64,000 nt of DNA from an uncultured delta proteobacterium (lineage in GTDB: Bacteria; Desulfobacterota; Desulfobacteria; Desulfobacterales; Desulfosalsimonadaceae), in assembly GCA_963826785.1 (NCBI GenBank), contig CAWGYD010000010.1:1-64000 (forward strand), given 5' to 3'. Numbering within the stretch: position 1 is the stretch's first letter; the number at the start of each line of letters is the position of its first letter. The notes under the pieces are model-generated. The model was not told the origin of the DNA. It was given only the letters and a program-made list of their open reading frames with translations, and ran no database searches. Made by a program: the position numbers and the translations under genes. Positions 37,587-49,740 of the stretch are shown in pieces.

Positions 37587-38645
37587 TTACTTCGCCTGAA
37601 CAGCCGCTTCCGGCTTATCGCCTGCAGGTGCAGCTGCCGTCGGCATACTGATGTCGATGGTGGCCGCAGCTTTCAGTTTTTCGATATACTGGGGCAGTTT
37701 TTCCTTCATTGCCTGCATCTTGAGATGATCTTTAAGCTTTTCCTTGGCATCGTCAAAGCTTTCCGTGGAAGCTTCCTGCTTTCCTTCGGCCTTGATGATG
37801 TGATAACCGAACTGGGTTTCCACCACATCGCTGACTTCACCGGGCTTTAGGGCAAACGCCACTTTCTCGAAGGGTTCCACCATCTGGCCTTTTTCAAAAA
37901 ATCCGAGATCCCCCCCCTGCTTGCTGCTGGGGCACTCCGAACTTTCAGCGGCCAGGGCTTCAAAATCGCCGCCGGCATCCACTTTTGCCTTGATGGCGTC
38001 GATTTTTTCACGGGCCTTGGCTTTTTCCTCGGGAGTGGCATCTTTATTCACCTTGATCAGGATGTGGCGCGCACGGACCCGCTCCGGGGTCTTAAATTCT
38101 TCGGGATGGGCGTTATAATACGCCTTTGCTTCATCATCGGTGATATTGATTTCTGCGACCACTTTTTCCTCGATCAGCTTCCGGATGGCCAGGTTTTCGC
38201 GGATCTGGGATTTCAGAACATCTTCAGTGAAGCTCATTTCCTTTAACTGGTTGGCGTATTCGGCTTCACTTTCAAACTGGTCCTTGAAATTGGCCAGTTC
38301 TTCGGCGACCTGCGCGTCATCGACTTTGATGCCCTGTTTCTGGCTTTCCTGATAAAGAAGTTCCTGCTCGATCAGGCTCTGCAGAATATTTTCCCGGAGG
38401 GATGCCGTTTTTTCAGCATCGAGCACCATGCCCATGCTGGCATATCGCTTCTGGATCAGGTCGGCCTTACGGTCCAGGGCGTCTTTTGAGATTGCCTTTC
38501 CGTTTACGGTGGCCACAGTGACATTTCCGGATGCAGCTGTCTCGGCTGCCTTGTCCGTATCGGCCGCCGGTGCGGTGCTGGCGATCAGGAATGAAAGGAT
38601 AATGGCCGCAATGACCGACACGTATTTGTTGAAAGAAATTTGCAT
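37587..38645 (-). CDS. Parvulin-type peptidyl-prolyl isomerase (PrsA/SurA-like foldase)
   Basis: Signal peptide, VATVNG, RARHILI, GGDLGFF.KGQMV.PFE and TQFGYHII. Confidence 0.9.
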   Translation of the reverse strand: MQISFNKYVSVIAAIILSFLIASTAPAADTDKAAETAASGNVTVATVNGKAISKDALDRKADLIQKRYASMGMVLDAEKTASLRENILQSLIEQELLYQESQKQGIKVDDAQVAEELANFKDQFESEAEYANQLKEMSFTEDVLKSQIRENLAIRKLIEEKVVAEINITDDEAKAYYNAHPEEFKTPERVRARHILIKVNKDATPEEKAKAREKIDAIKAKVDAGGDFEALAAESSECPSSKQGGDLGFFEKGQMVEPFEKVAFALKPGEVSDVVETQFGYHIIKAEGKQEASTESFDDAKEKLKDHLKMQAMKEKLPQYIEKLKAAATIDISMPTAAAPAGDKPEAAVQAK

Positions 38646-38879
38646 AAAAAATAACCTCCTTGGAAGATTAGAAGAAATAGAACCGGTGCCCAGCCGCAAA
38701 AGGATGGCTTTCCCGTCCGTTCCTGTCAAATGGCTTTAGAAATTTGCGTTGGGTATGGCCCATAAGCGGCGGTATTCCGGACATAGAATTTTGGAAAAGA
38801 GAAGATCATGCGGATTCCGTCAGGCCGACGAGAGAAATGGAAGACAGATGACATCCAATTGTTGGCGGCGGTAAAAAAA

Positions 38880-38956
38880 TGGTCGGGAAGACTGGATTTG
38901 AACCAGCGACCCCAGCGTCCCGAACGCTGTGCTCTACCAGGCTGAGCCACTTCCCG
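38880..38956 (-). tRNA. tRNA-Pro (CGG)
   Basis: CGGGAAGTGGCTCAGCCTGGTAGAGC...CAGCG-TTCGGGA-CGCTG...GGTTCAAATCC...CCCGACCA, 77 nt. Confidence 0.96.
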
Positions 38957-39049
38957 ACTTTTGGAAATCCTATTTATGTTACAAAACCGCTGTTGTCAAT
39001 CAAAAATTGCGGTCAGCGTTTATGTCCTATGATAAGGACCGGCCGGATT

Positions 39050-40366
<1,317 letters not shown>

Positions 40367-40425
40367 TTACCAGGTTCATACCGGAACCCATGGTTTCCGG
40401 AACGGGAATATATTCAAATAAATAC

Positions 40426-40875
40426 TTATCGCTTTGCCTTGAAAAAGTCCACCAGCATCTGCCGGCAGCGGGATTCACAAACGCCTGCAACGACCTGCGG
40501 CCGGTGATTGAGTCGAATATCCTGATCCATCCGGTAAAGCGAACCGGCCCCTCCCCATTTGGGATCGAACGCCCCGAAAACCACTTTTTCGATCCTGGCA
40601 TGGATGATGGCGCCCATACACATGACGCAAGGCTCGATGGTCACATACAGCGTGGTGTTCAACAGCCGGTAATTTTGACATGTCTGCCCGGCCTTCCGGA
40701 TAGCCAGAATTTCCGCATGTGCGGTGGGGTCATGCAGAGTGATGACCTGATTGTGGGCACGGGCGATAACAACCCCGGCGCCGTCAACGAGCACCGCGCC
40801 CACGGGGACTTCCCCTTCCCTGCCGGCATTTTCCGCCTCAGCAAGTGCCATTTCCATGAATTCATGGGCGTCCAT
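40426..40875 (-). CDS. tadA: tRNA adenosine(34) deaminase TadA
   Basis: EVPVGAVLV, DPTAHAE, TIEPCVMC, DPK.G and LNH. Exact start uncertain. Confidence 0.93.
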   Translation of the reverse strand: MDAHEFMEMALAEAENAGREGEVPVGAVLVDGAGVVIARAHNQVITLHDPTAHAEILAIRKAGQTCQNYRLLNTTLYVTIEPCVMCMGAIIHARIEKVVFGAFDPKWGGAGSLYRMDQDIRLNHRPQVVAGVCESRCRQMLVDFFKAKR

Positions 40876-40984
40876 ACCGGTTTTCCACGCATTTTTCATC
40901 AAAATTTGCAAAACCCTCAGTGACATATTAAACTTTGCCCAAAGGGTCAAGATAGAAAAGCACCGTGGCCCATGCACTTATCAA

Positions 40985-41013
40985 TTGACAACCCATTTTG
41001 GATGCCTTATTAA
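40985..41013 (+). promoter_or_regulatory. Putative sigma70 promoter of tRNA-Arg
   Basis: TTGACA-17 bp-TATTAA, 16 bp upstream of the tRNA. Confidence 0.6.
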
Positions 41014-41029
41014 GTTGTAAAACTTTTTC

Positions 41030-41106
<77 letters not shown>

Positions 41107-41117
41107 TAAAAAAGAAT

Positions 41118-41154
41118 AGGATTTCAGATAGTTATGACTGAAATCCTTTTTTTA
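41118..41154 (+). terminator. Terminator after tRNA-Arg
   Basis: AGGATTTCAG...CTGAAATCCT followed by a T-tract. Confidence 0.7.
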
Positions 41155-41464
41155 TTTGGTAAGCTGTCACGGGCCGAAACTGGCCAAAAATCCTCCCTAT
41201 GCGTAATTTTTCCACCCGTCTTTTCTGCCGTACTGCCCATTCGATGATGCGGTGTGTGTGAGTGCGTGAGCAGAGACAAGAATTTCATTTACCAGGATTA
41301 GATGTATAGTCCCATTCTGTATAAACAAATCCCACTGCAAGGATGACAGCATGAAATTTTTTTGTTCCGCCCCGGCTTTGCCTCAATTGCCTCAGCATTG
41401 ATTTTTCATGATTTATTGCTACTTTCTGTGTCTGAAATAAAGCTGTGATCAAACGAGGGAGATA

Positions 41465-42019
41465 ATGGATGTATGGGTCCGGTGTTACGAGGAATTAAAT
41501 GATTATATACCCCAAAAGCTGAAGAAAGTAACATTCAGATGGAAAATTCCGGAGGGTGAATCAGTTTCCGGATTGATCGCATCCCTTGGGGTTCCGGTGG
41601 GTAAAATTGATCTGATTCTGGTGAACGGGCAATCGGTCGAAATTGTAAGAATCCTTGAAAACAATGATCGAATTTCGCTGTTCCCGGTGTTTGAGACATT
41701 CAATATTTCAACGGTAACCCGGATGCCCCAAGCACCCCTGCGGAAAACGGCATTTATTTGCGATGCGGGATTGGAGGCGTTGTGCGAAACACTGAAAGGC
41801 ATCGGCATGGATGTCTGTCAGCATCATGGCTTGGCCCCATCCGACTTGATTCAACAGTCAAATTGTACCCGGCGGATCATTCTGACCACCCGCAGGCGGA
41901 TTTTTGAGGCCGAAGGTGTTACCCGGGCAATCCTTCTGGAAAAAGAATCGATTGAATGTCAGGTGCAGCAGGTTCTTTATCGCCTGGATATAGAAGCGCC
42001 CTATGTGAAAACGGGATGA
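41465..42019 (+). CDS. Ubiquitin-like (Ub-Mut7C) domain fused to a truncated Mut7-C RNase-like domain
   Basis: VRCYEELND...LIASLGVP..IDLILVNG...DRISLFP, then FICDAGL...L.GIGMD...RIILT. No C-terminal CxxC zinc ribbon. Confidence 0.7.
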   Translation: MDVWVRCYEELNDYIPQKLKKVTFRWKIPEGESVSGLIASLGVPVGKIDLILVNGQSVEIVRILENNDRISLFPVFETFNISTVTRMPQAPLRKTAFICDAGLEALCETLKGIGMDVCQHHGLAPSDLIQQSNCTRRIILTTRRRIFEAEGVTRAILLEKESIECQVQQVLYRLDIEAPYVKTG

Positions 42020-42039
42020 GGACGGGAACGGAACGGAAT

Positions 42040-42070
42040 AAAAAAAGCCCGGGCGAAGAACCCGGGCTTT
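42040..42070 (-). terminator. Terminator after tRNA-Leu (possibly bidirectional)
   Basis: AAAAAAAGCCCGGG-CGAAGAA-CCCGGGCTTT. Confidence 0.75.
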
Positions 42071-42084
42071 GAAACGAATAACTT

Positions 42085-42171
42085 TGGTGCCGAAGGGGAG
42101 ACTCGAACTCCCACGAGAATACTCCCACTAGACCCTGAACCTAGCGCGTCTACCAATTCCGCCACTTCGGC
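42085..42171 (-). tRNA. tRNA-Leu (CAG)
   Basis: GCCGAAGTGGCGGAATTGGTAGACGCG-CTAGG-TTCAGGG-TCTAG, long variable arm, GTTCGAGTC...TTCGGCACCA, 87 nt. Confidence 0.95.
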
Positions 42172-42289
42172 ACTGAAAAAAACCAATGTTTAACATTGAT
42201 TTCAAACAAGTTTTTTTTTATATAGCTTAAGATTTATTCTGTCAAGCGCAATGTAACAGTCAATTGAAAAATAGTGCGGAAATTATTTC

Positions 42290-43228
42290 ATGCAGATTTA
42301 CAAGGGTCTTGAGCATATAAGAAAGACATTTCAGAATACGGCGGTGACCATCGGAAACTTTGACGGGGTGCACAAGGGGCATCAGGCCATCCTGCACCAG
42401 GTGATCGAAAAAGCCGAGTCCATCGGCGGGACCTCGATGGCGATCACCTTTGACCCCCACCCCATCCGCGTGCTGAAAAAAAACGGCGACCCGCCGGTGA
42501 TCACCCTGTTTGAACAGAAAGCCGAACTCATCGAAAAAATCGGAATCGATGCACTGGTCTGCATCTCCTTTGATGAAAAATTCGCCGCCATGACGGCAGA
42601 CCGGTTTTTATCCGATATCCTGATTCACACACTGGGGATGAAAGCCATTGTTATCGGTGAAGATTATACCTTCGGTAAAAACCGCCAGGGGGACATCCAT
42701 TTCTTAAAGGATTTTTCTGCCCGATACGGGTATGAAGTCATTGTGGCCGGCTGGGTGCCGGTATCCCACCAGGACATGGAGCGGATCAGCAGCACCCGGG
42801 TTCGGGAACTGGTCATGGCCGGTGATGTGGAAAAAGCCCGCCAGTTGCTGGGCAGACATTACCAGATCCGGGGGACCGTGGTCTCGGGCCGCAACCGGGG
42901 CGGCCGGCTGCTGGGGTTTCCCACGGCCAACATTCATCTTCAGGATGAACTCTGCCCGAAGACGGGGGTTTATGCCGTCACCGTGCAGAGCAACGGCTCG
43001 ACATACAAGGGGGTGGCCAACATCGGCTACAGCCCCACCTTCGACGATCAGATGTTCACCGTGGAAGTGCATCTGCTCGATTTTTCCGGCGACATTTACG
43101 GTCAGAAAATCAAGGTGAATTTCATCGGCCGGATCCGGGATGAAAAAAAATTCGAGAACATCGAACAGCTTTCCCGGCAGATCCAGGCGGATATACAAAC
43201 CGCCCGGTCAACATTAACCCATATGTAA
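42290..43228 (+). CDS. ribF: Bifunctional riboflavin kinase / FAD synthetase
   Basis: IGNFDGVHKGH, TFDPHP, ISSTRVR, GRLLGFPTAN and EVHLLDF. Confidence 0.96.
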   Translation: MQIYKGLEHIRKTFQNTAVTIGNFDGVHKGHQAILHQVIEKAESIGGTSMAITFDPHPIRVLKKNGDPPVITLFEQKAELIEKIGIDALVCISFDEKFAAMTADRFLSDILIHTLGMKAIVIGEDYTFGKNRQGDIHFLKDFSARYGYEVIVAGWVPVSHQDMERISSTRVRELVMAGDVEKARQLLGRHYQIRGTVVSGRNRGGRLLGFPTANIHLQDELCPKTGVYAVTVQSNGSTYKGVANIGYSPTFDDQMFTVEVHLLDFSGDIYGQKIKVNFIGRIRDEKKFENIEQLSRQIQADIQTARSTLTHM

Positions 43229-43245
43229 CGAATGCGTAAATTATC

Positions 43246-43761
43246 ATGGCCATACTTGAAATATTGACTTACCCGGATGAGTTTCTGCGAAAGCCCACCC
43301 GTCCGGTAACGGATATTGACGAAAAAATTCAGACCATCATCGAAGACATGGCCGACACCATGTATGAAGCCCCAGGCGTGGGTCTGGCCGCTATCCAGGC
43401 CGGAATCGACCAGAGTATCATCGTCTATGATGCCGAGGCGGATGCCCGGGCGCGCAATTTTCAGGTGCTGATCAATCCGGAAATTGTGGCCAGCGAGGGC
43501 TCGATGGTGTCGGAAAATGAAGGGTGTCTGAGCGTTCCGGATTTCCGGTCGGATGTGGAACGCTACGCCACCGTGACCGTCACCGGCATGGACCGGAATG
43601 GAAAGCCCGTGACCATTGAAGCGGATGGCATTCTATCGGTGATCCTTCAGCATGAGATCGACCACCTCCGGGGCGTTCTTTTCATCGACCGGATCAGCGT
43701 GCTCAAGCGTCAGCTGTATAAGAAACGTCGGCAAAAGGAACTGAAGCAGAGTGCATCCTGA
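43246..43761 (+). CDS. def: Peptide deformylase
   Basis: GVGLAAIQ, EGCLS and QHEIDHL.G. Confidence 0.97.
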   Translation: MAILEILTYPDEFLRKPTRPVTDIDEKIQTIIEDMADTMYEAPGVGLAAIQAGIDQSIIVYDAEADARARNFQVLINPEIVASEGSMVSENEGCLSVPDFRSDVERYATVTVTGMDRNGKPVTIEADGILSVILQHEIDHLRGVLFIDRISVLKRQLYKKRRQKELKQSAS

Positions 43762-44698
43762 TCCTGATTTTAAAGTGGTTTTCATGGGGACATCCGATTT
43801 TGCCGTCCCCGCCCTGGAAGCGGTCAATGATCTTGACTGCATGGTTTCCCTCGTGGTGACGCAGCCGGATCGGCCCAAGGGACGCGGGCGAAAGATCTCG
43901 CCGCCGCCGGTGAAAACATGCGCGCTGAAACACGGCAATCCGCTGCTTCAGCCCGAAACGGTCAAGACAGAGGCTTTTTACGAGGCCATCGCCCGGATCC
44001 GGCCGGATCTGCTGGTGGTGGCGGCATTCGGCCATATCCTGCCCAAGCGTATTCTGGAAATCCCGGTTTACGGCGCAGTGAATATCCATGGCTCGCTCCT
44101 CCCCAGGTACCGGGGCCCCGCACCCATCCAGTGGGCGATCATCAACGGCGATGCGGAAACCGGGGTCACCACCATGCTCATGGACAAGGGAATGGACACG
44201 GGAGAAATCCTGCTGAAAGCCCAAACCGAAATCCGGGCCGAAGACACGGCCGGCACCCTGCACGACCGGCTGGCAGAAATGGGTGCATTGCTGCTCAAGG
44301 ACACCATAGACGGCATGCGGGCAGGAACCCTCCGGCCCATCCCCCAACCCCACCATGAAGCCACCTACGCGCCCATGCTGACCAAAAATGACGGCCGCAT
44401 CGACTGGTCCGAAGAGGCCGTCCGCATCGAAAGACGGGTCCGCGGCCTTACCCCCTGGCCGGGGGCGCATACGTTTTTAAACGGTCTTCTGCTCAAGCTC
44501 TTTTCCGTTTCGCCCATCCATATGCCTGCGGATCGGCCGCCCGGCACGGTGATCAAAAGCGACCCGCATCATCTTCACGTGGCTGCCGGGGGCAGCATCA
44601 TCGCCATCAAAGAGATCCAGGGCGCCTCCGGCCGGCGGCTTCCGGTTCAAGAATTTTTGAGAGGAAATCCGATCCCTGAAAATTCGATATTTTCGTAA
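43751..44698 (+). CDS. fmt: Methionyl-tRNA formyltransferase
   Basis: FMGTSDFA, TQPDRPKGRG, NIHGSLLPRYRG.API and MDTG. Confidence 0.96.
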   Translation: MHPDPDFKVVFMGTSDFAVPALEAVNDLDCMVSLVVTQPDRPKGRGRKISPPPVKTCALKHGNPLLQPETVKTEAFYEAIARIRPDLLVVAAFGHILPKRILEIPVYGAVNIHGSLLPRYRGPAPIQWAIINGDAETGVTTMLMDKGMDTGEILLKAQTEIRAEDTAGTLHDRLAEMGALLLKDTIDGMRAGTLRPIPQPHHEATYAPMLTKNDGRIDWSEEAVRIERRVRGLTPWPGAHTFLNGLLLKLFSVSPIHMPADRPPGTVIKSDPHHLHVAAGGSIIAIKEIQGASGRRLPVQEFLRGNPIPENSIFS

Positions 44699-44747
44699 AA
44701 CCGGCATCACTCAAATTATCCTCTGCATCTAACAGGCCCATCCACTG

Positions 44748-46113
44748 ATGAATCGCAACCCCAGGCAAACCGTTTTGTCCATATTAGACAAAGTCGAACA
44801 GGGACCTTATCACCTGGATCGGGTGATTGCCGATACCCTGGATGCCGGTAACCGCCCGATGCCGCAGCAGGACCGGAACTTGGCCAATGCCTTGATATTC
44901 GGAATATTAAGATGGCGAAACCGTCTCGACTGGATCATCCGCCAGTATTCATCGGTGCGCCTGTCAAAGGTGGATCCAACCATTTTAAACATCCTGCGCA
45001 TCGGGGTCTATCAACTGCTCTTCATGGACCGGGTTCCGGATTCCGCCGCGGTCAACACCTCGGTTGAACTGGCCAAGGCGAGTGCGCCCCCCTGGGTGGT
45101 CAAATATGTAAATGCATGCTCCGCAGCATCGCCCGCAATAAGGATGCCCTGCCCGCCTTCCCCGGCGGCTCGAACCCGGTCGCCCGCCTGGCGGTCATGC
45201 AGTCGTTCCCGGAATGGTTGATCCGCCGCTGGATCAAGCGCTTCGGAGCGGACGAAACCGAATCGCTGTGTGAATTTATCAATACGATCCCCCCCGTGAG
45301 CCTCCGGGTCAATACCTTGAAGACAGATCGGGATTATCTTTTGGCTCTGTTGCAGGAAGATGCCGAATTGCTCGAAAAGACGCGGTACGCGCCTGAGGGG
45401 CTGGTGATGCGGCATCCCGGAAGACCCCTGCACCGCCTGGAAGCCTTTGAAAAAGGATATTTTGCGGTTCAGGACGAGGCGGCCCAGCTGATTTCTCATA
45501 TTCTTTCGCCGCTTCCCGGACAAAATGTACTGGATGCCTGCGCGGGCCTGGGCGGAAAGACCGGCCATCTCGCCCAGCTGATGAAGGACAGCGGCTCGAT
45601 CACCGCTCTTGATAAAGACCCGGGCAAACTGGTGCGATTGTCCGCCCACATGGACCGCCTGGGTATTCACATCGTATCCCCGACGGCCCGGGACCTGGTG
45701 GACGATCAAGCGCAACGACTCACCCCGGGCGCGTTTGACCGTATTCTTCTGGATGCACCCTGCTCCGGGTTGGGCGTGATCCGCCGAAACCCGGACATCA
45801 AATGGGATGCGGCCCGGCAGAACCTGGGCCGGTTTGGCGATATCCAGGCAAATGCCTGGATGCGGTTTCAATGCTGCTAAAACCCGGTGGAACCCTGGTC
45901 TATGCCGTTTGCAGCATGGAAAATGAGGAGAATGAAGGGGTCATTTTCCCTTTTCTGAAGCGCCATCCCGGATATGCGGTGGTTAAAAATTTTTCCCATC
46001 TTCCCTTTGACATCAGCCCGTTTTTGGATCAAAACGGGTTTATCCGTACATATCCGCATCAGCACCATATGGACGGTTTCTTCTGTGCATGTCTTACGAA
46101 GGTCGGATCATGA
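44748..46113 (+). pseudogene. rsmB: 16S rRNA m5C967 methyltransferase RsmB, split by two single-base frameshifts (real or assembly errors)
   Basis: NusB-like N-terminus (44748-~45115), then VQDEAAQ / LDACAGLGGKT / LDAPCSGLG (~45116-45850), then LKPGGTLVYAVCS...DGFF (~45850-46113). def-fmt-rsmB synteny. Confidence 0.9.
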
Positions 46114-47075
46114 AAACCCTGGTCAAGGTCATATTCATAATATGTGCATTGTGCCTCATCGCCGGGGCCAGTGCCTATTTTACCATTACCCTGTTCATCA
46201 AGGGCGAAGATACGGTGGTGGTGCCGGAACTTTCGGGGAAGGACGCCATATACGCCCTGGAACTGATGACCGGCATGGGGTTGAACACCAAGGTGGAAGG
46301 TTCCGATTTCAGTGCCGATACCCCCAAGAACCACATCATCCGCCAGTCGCCGGCACCCGGGGAGATCATCAAAAAGGGGCGCGACATTCGACTGACCATC
46401 TCCAGGGGCACCAAAATGGTGTCGGTGCCAAACCTCAAGGATTTAAATCTTCAGCAGGTCCGGATCATCCTGGAAGAAAACGGGTTGAGCACAGGCGCCA
46501 TCTCCAACACATACCTGGAATCGGTCATGGCCGGCATGGTTTATCTCCAGTCGCCCGCTTCAGGGACTACCATCGAGCGCGGGGGTAGAGTCGATCTTCT
46601 GGTCAGCCGGGGACCGAGGCCCGAAGAATATGTCATGCCAGAACTGACCGGACTCTTTCTGGATGAATCGGTTCTGCTGCTGGACCGCAACAAACTGGCC
46701 ATTGGCAATATCAAGACGGTTTATGATCCGAAAAAACCTGCCAACAGTATCGTTTCCCAGAACCCGCCCGCAGGGTTTCAGGTTCGCCGGGGTGATGCCG
46801 TGGACCTTGAGATCAACCGGAAACCGGGTCCCGAATCCGCAACTGACAGCGATTATCGGTTTTCCGGGGTGAGGCTGTTTTCCTTCCGGCTGGCCCCGGG
46901 ATACTTAAAACAGCATATCCGGCTGGATCTGAAGCTTTACAGCGCAACCTATACCCTCTATGATGAGATGATCAAACCGGGCAAGGAGATATGGGCGCTG
47001 GTACCCGCCCACACCGAGGCATGCGTTTTTCTATACCGGAATGACGACTTGATCAAAACCCGTTTGTATGACTGA
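46110..47075 (+). CDS. Membrane-anchored protein with three PASTA domains
   Basis: N-terminal TM, then repeats VVVPELSG...QSP.PG, VSVPNLKD...QSP.SG and VMPELTG...QNPPAG. Confidence 0.88.
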   Translation: MKTLVKVIFIICALCLIAGASAYFTITLFIKGEDTVVVPELSGKDAIYALELMTGMGLNTKVEGSDFSADTPKNHIIRQSPAPGEIIKKGRDIRLTISRGTKMVSVPNLKDLNLQQVRIILEENGLSTGAISNTYLESVMAGMVYLQSPASGTTIERGGRVDLLVSRGPRPEEYVMPELTGLFLDESVLLLDRNKLAIGNIKTVYDPKKPANSIVSQNPPAGFQVRRGDAVDLEINRKPGPESATDSDYRFSGVRLFSFRLAPGYLKQHIRLDLKLYSATYTLYDEMIKPGKEIWALVPAHTEACVFLYRNDDLIKTRLYD

Positions 47076-47094
47076 AAAATGAACAGGAGCTGAC

Positions 47095-47748
47095 ATGAAA
47101 CTGATTGCACCGTCGATACTGTCCGCAGATTTTGCCAGACTCGGCGAAGAAATTAAAGGGGTTGAAGCGGCCGGGGCCGACTGGATCCACATCGACGTCA
47201 TGGACGGGCATTTCGTCCCCAACATCACCATCGGGCCGCTGGTCGTGGAGGCGGTAAAACGCATCACGGATCTTCCCAAAGATGTCCACCTCATGATCGA
47301 ACACCCCGACACGTACATTCCCGAATTTGCAAAAGCCGGGGCGGACCTGATATCCGTTCACGCGGAAGCCTGCCCCCATCTCCACCGCACCATCGACCTG
47401 ATCCGGAACTGCGGGTGCAGGCCCGGTGTGGTGCTAAATCCCGCCTCCCCCGTCGAGGCCGTCAAATGGGTGCTGGCCGATGTGGATTTCGTCCTGCTCA
47501 TGAGCGTTAATCCGGGATTCGGCGGACAGTCCTTTATTCCGGCAACCCTTGAAAAGGCACGGCTGATCCGGCAGATGATCGATGAACACAATCTTTCCGT
47601 TCTCATTCAGATCGATGGCGGGGTGAACGAAAAGACCATCCGGAATATTTCCAACGCCGGGGTGGACGTGTTTGTCGCCGGATCGGCCATTTTCGGCGCC
47701 AATGATTACAGAAAAGCCATTTCCGCCTTGAAACAGCAGCTCGAATAA
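47095..47748 (+). CDS. rpe: Ribulose-phosphate 3-epimerase
   Basis: IAPSILSADF, HIDVMDGHFVPN, MSVNPGFGGQ and IDGGV. Confidence 0.97.
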   Translation: MKLIAPSILSADFARLGEEIKGVEAAGADWIHIDVMDGHFVPNITIGPLVVEAVKRITDLPKDVHLMIEHPDTYIPEFAKAGADLISVHAEACPHLHRTIDLIRNCGCRPGVVLNPASPVEAVKWVLADVDFVLLMSVNPGFGGQSFIPATLEKARLIRQMIDEHNLSVLIQIDGGVNEKTIRNISNAGVDVFVAGSAIFGANDYRKAISALKQQLE

Positions 47749-47768
47749 CACAAAGGATAAAGCGCATC

Positions 47769-48215
47769 ATGAAAAAGAAAATCCTGGTGATTCACGGCCC
47801 CAATCTCAACATGCTCGGCCGGAGGGAACCTGCGACCTACGGGGCCATGACCCTTTCGGAAATCAATCAGATGTTAGTGGATCACGGCCGCAGCAAAGAT
47901 CTCAGCATCGATTTCTTCCAGTCCAACCATGAAGGCGAACTGGTGGAAAAAATCCAGCAGTGCTGCGATCTTTATGATGGGATGATCATCAACCCGGCGG
48001 CCTATACCCACACCAGCATCGCCATACGTGATGCGCTTCTGCTGATCGATATTCCGGTGATCGAAATCCACCTGTCCAATATCTTTGGTCGCGAACCGTT
48101 TCGACATAAATCCCTGATTTCAGACGTGGTCACCGGCCAGATCACCGGGCTGGGCCCCCACGGCTACATACTGGCGCTCGATGCATTGAGCCAAAAATTT
48201 CAGGCATCATCCTGA
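47769..48215 (+). CDS. aroQ: Type II 3-dehydroquinate dehydratase
   Basis: HGPNLNMLG.REP..YG, QSNHEG, NPAAYTHTS and EIHLSN...RE.FRH.S. Confidence 0.97.
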   Translation: MKKKILVIHGPNLNMLGRREPATYGAMTLSEINQMLVDHGRSKDLSIDFFQSNHEGELVEKIQQCCDLYDGMIINPAAYTHTSIAIRDALLLIDIPVIEIHLSNIFGREPFRHKSLISDVVTGQITGLGPHGYILALDALSQKFQASS

Positions 48216-48225
48216 TCTGCGAAAC

Positions 48226-49740
48226 ATGAAGCGCATCTATTACCCGGCCGCCGTATGCGCCATCGGTTTGCTTTGTTCTGAATTTCTTTTTTCCATCCTT
48301 GTCTTTTTTTCAAATCAGGCCCATTACCACAAGCTGCTTGCACTTAAAAACGCCGGCTACCTGATGGTGCCAAACGAGAAGATCCTCCCTTTTCTGCTTC
48401 AACCCGGACCGGCGCTTGCCGGCGGACTATTTTTCACCCTGACGGCCGGTGCCGGGCTGACCCTGTTGACCTTCGGACTGATATTCCTGTGGCGGCGCTT
48501 TTGGTTTAAACGGAGATTCATCCTGCTGCCGGTTCTGGCCGGCTCTGCGCTGCTGATTCTGATCAACCGCGGTGGCATCAATTATCCTGTCACGGCCATA
48601 TTCATCCTGCTGTCGGCGGCAGTTGCGGCGGCGACGTTGCGGCTCTATCCGGAAACGCCCACCCAACACCGGCCGCTCCGCTTCCGGGGGATAATCATAC
48701 ACCCGATTGTATGGGTCATTCTGGCCGGCGTCTGGATGCCCCAGGTCAACGGCGATACGTTTATCCACATCCGCGATCACCTGCTGCTGACACATCCTGC
48801 GGGAAAGGCGATCAATGCGTTTTACTATAAATACACCCTTTATCCCGCCTACGTGTTTAAATCGCCGGATCAGCGGCTGCTCCACACCTGCCGGATCAGC
48901 GCTTCCACTCCCCAATCCTTTTCTGCAATCGAAACGCGCCTGAGAAAGGAAGATTATTTGATCCCGCCCGACCCGGCGGCTCCCGTCGATCTCACGGTGA
49001 TGCAGGACGGGCAGACCCTGTCATTCATCCATGCCGGTCGCACGATATACACCACCGGCATGGATCAATTCATGAAATCGTCAAGCGATGTCTTGTCAAA
49101 AATTTCCGGCAGGATCGACAATTTCGCTTTTTTCCGGAAATTCACCTTTTTTTCACTGGTCTTCGCCCTTCCCCTGCTGCTCTATGGCATTATCTATTTC
49201 TGCGTCCTGCTGATGTTATTCCCGGTAAGCGATCTGCGGCTTCGCAGGGGCATGTCAACGCTTGTCGTGCTTGCGGCCGGCATACTGCTGGTGCTCCCCC
49301 TCTACCGGAGCGGCGGGCAGTCCGTAATGGCCGCGCAGATCAGGGAGCGGCTGTCATCCGATCACTGGACGGACCGCCTGGCGGCCATCAAGGAAATTGC
49401 GGATAAAAAGATGCCGATCACTGCGTTTGCCGGCATCGAAAGCATGAAAAACAGTCCCCATATTCCCATCCGGTACTGGCTGGCCCGGTCCCTTGCTTCC
49501 GGGTCAACGGGTGAGGCGCACCGGATGGCCCTTTCCATGCTGTCTGATCCGCAGCCCAATGTGGTTTGCATGGCTCTTTACAGCCTGGGCCGGCAAAAGC
49601 AGCCTTCAGCGATCCCGGTCATCCTGGACCTGATCAACACATCCGATCACTGGTATGTCCAGTGGTATGCATATCAATCCCTAAAGAGGCTTGGATGGAT
49701 ACAGCCCCGGTCCGATTTTTCCCGGCAATCTTCGCGGTAG
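48226..49740 (+). CDS. Multi-pass membrane protein with C-terminal HEAT/PBS-like repeats
   Basis: Several hydrophobic helices, then helical repeats (RYWLARSLA, VVCMALYSLG, VQWYAYQSL). Confidence 0.65.
   Translation: MKRIYYPAAVCAIGLLCSEFLFSILVFFSNQAHYHKLLALKNAGYLMVPNEKILPFLLQPGPALAGGLFFTLTAGAGLTLLTFGLIFLWRRFWFKRRFILLPVLAGSALLILINRGGINYPVTAIFILLSAAVAAATLRLYPETPTQHRPLRFRGIIIHPIVWVILAGVWMPQVNGDTFIHIRDHLLLTHPAGKAINAFYYKYTLYPAYVFKSPDQRLLHTCRISASTPQSFSAIETRLRKEDYLIPPDPAAPVDLTVMQDGQTLSFIHAGRTIYTTGMDQFMKSSSDVLSKISGRIDNFAFFRKFTFFSLVFALPLLLYGIIYFCVLLMLFPVSDLRLRRGMSTLVVLAAGILLVLPLYRSGGQSVMAAQIRERLSSDHWTDRLAAIKEIADKKMPITAFAGIESMKNSPHIPIRYWLARSLASGSTGEAHRMALSMLSDPQPNVVCMALYSLGRQKQPSAIPVILDLINTSDHWYVQWYAYQSLKRLGWIQPRSDFSRQSSR

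Noticed and set aside
41107..41460. Integrated element at tRNA-Arg
   Set aside because: No duplicated tRNA 3' end and no integrase were found in the window.
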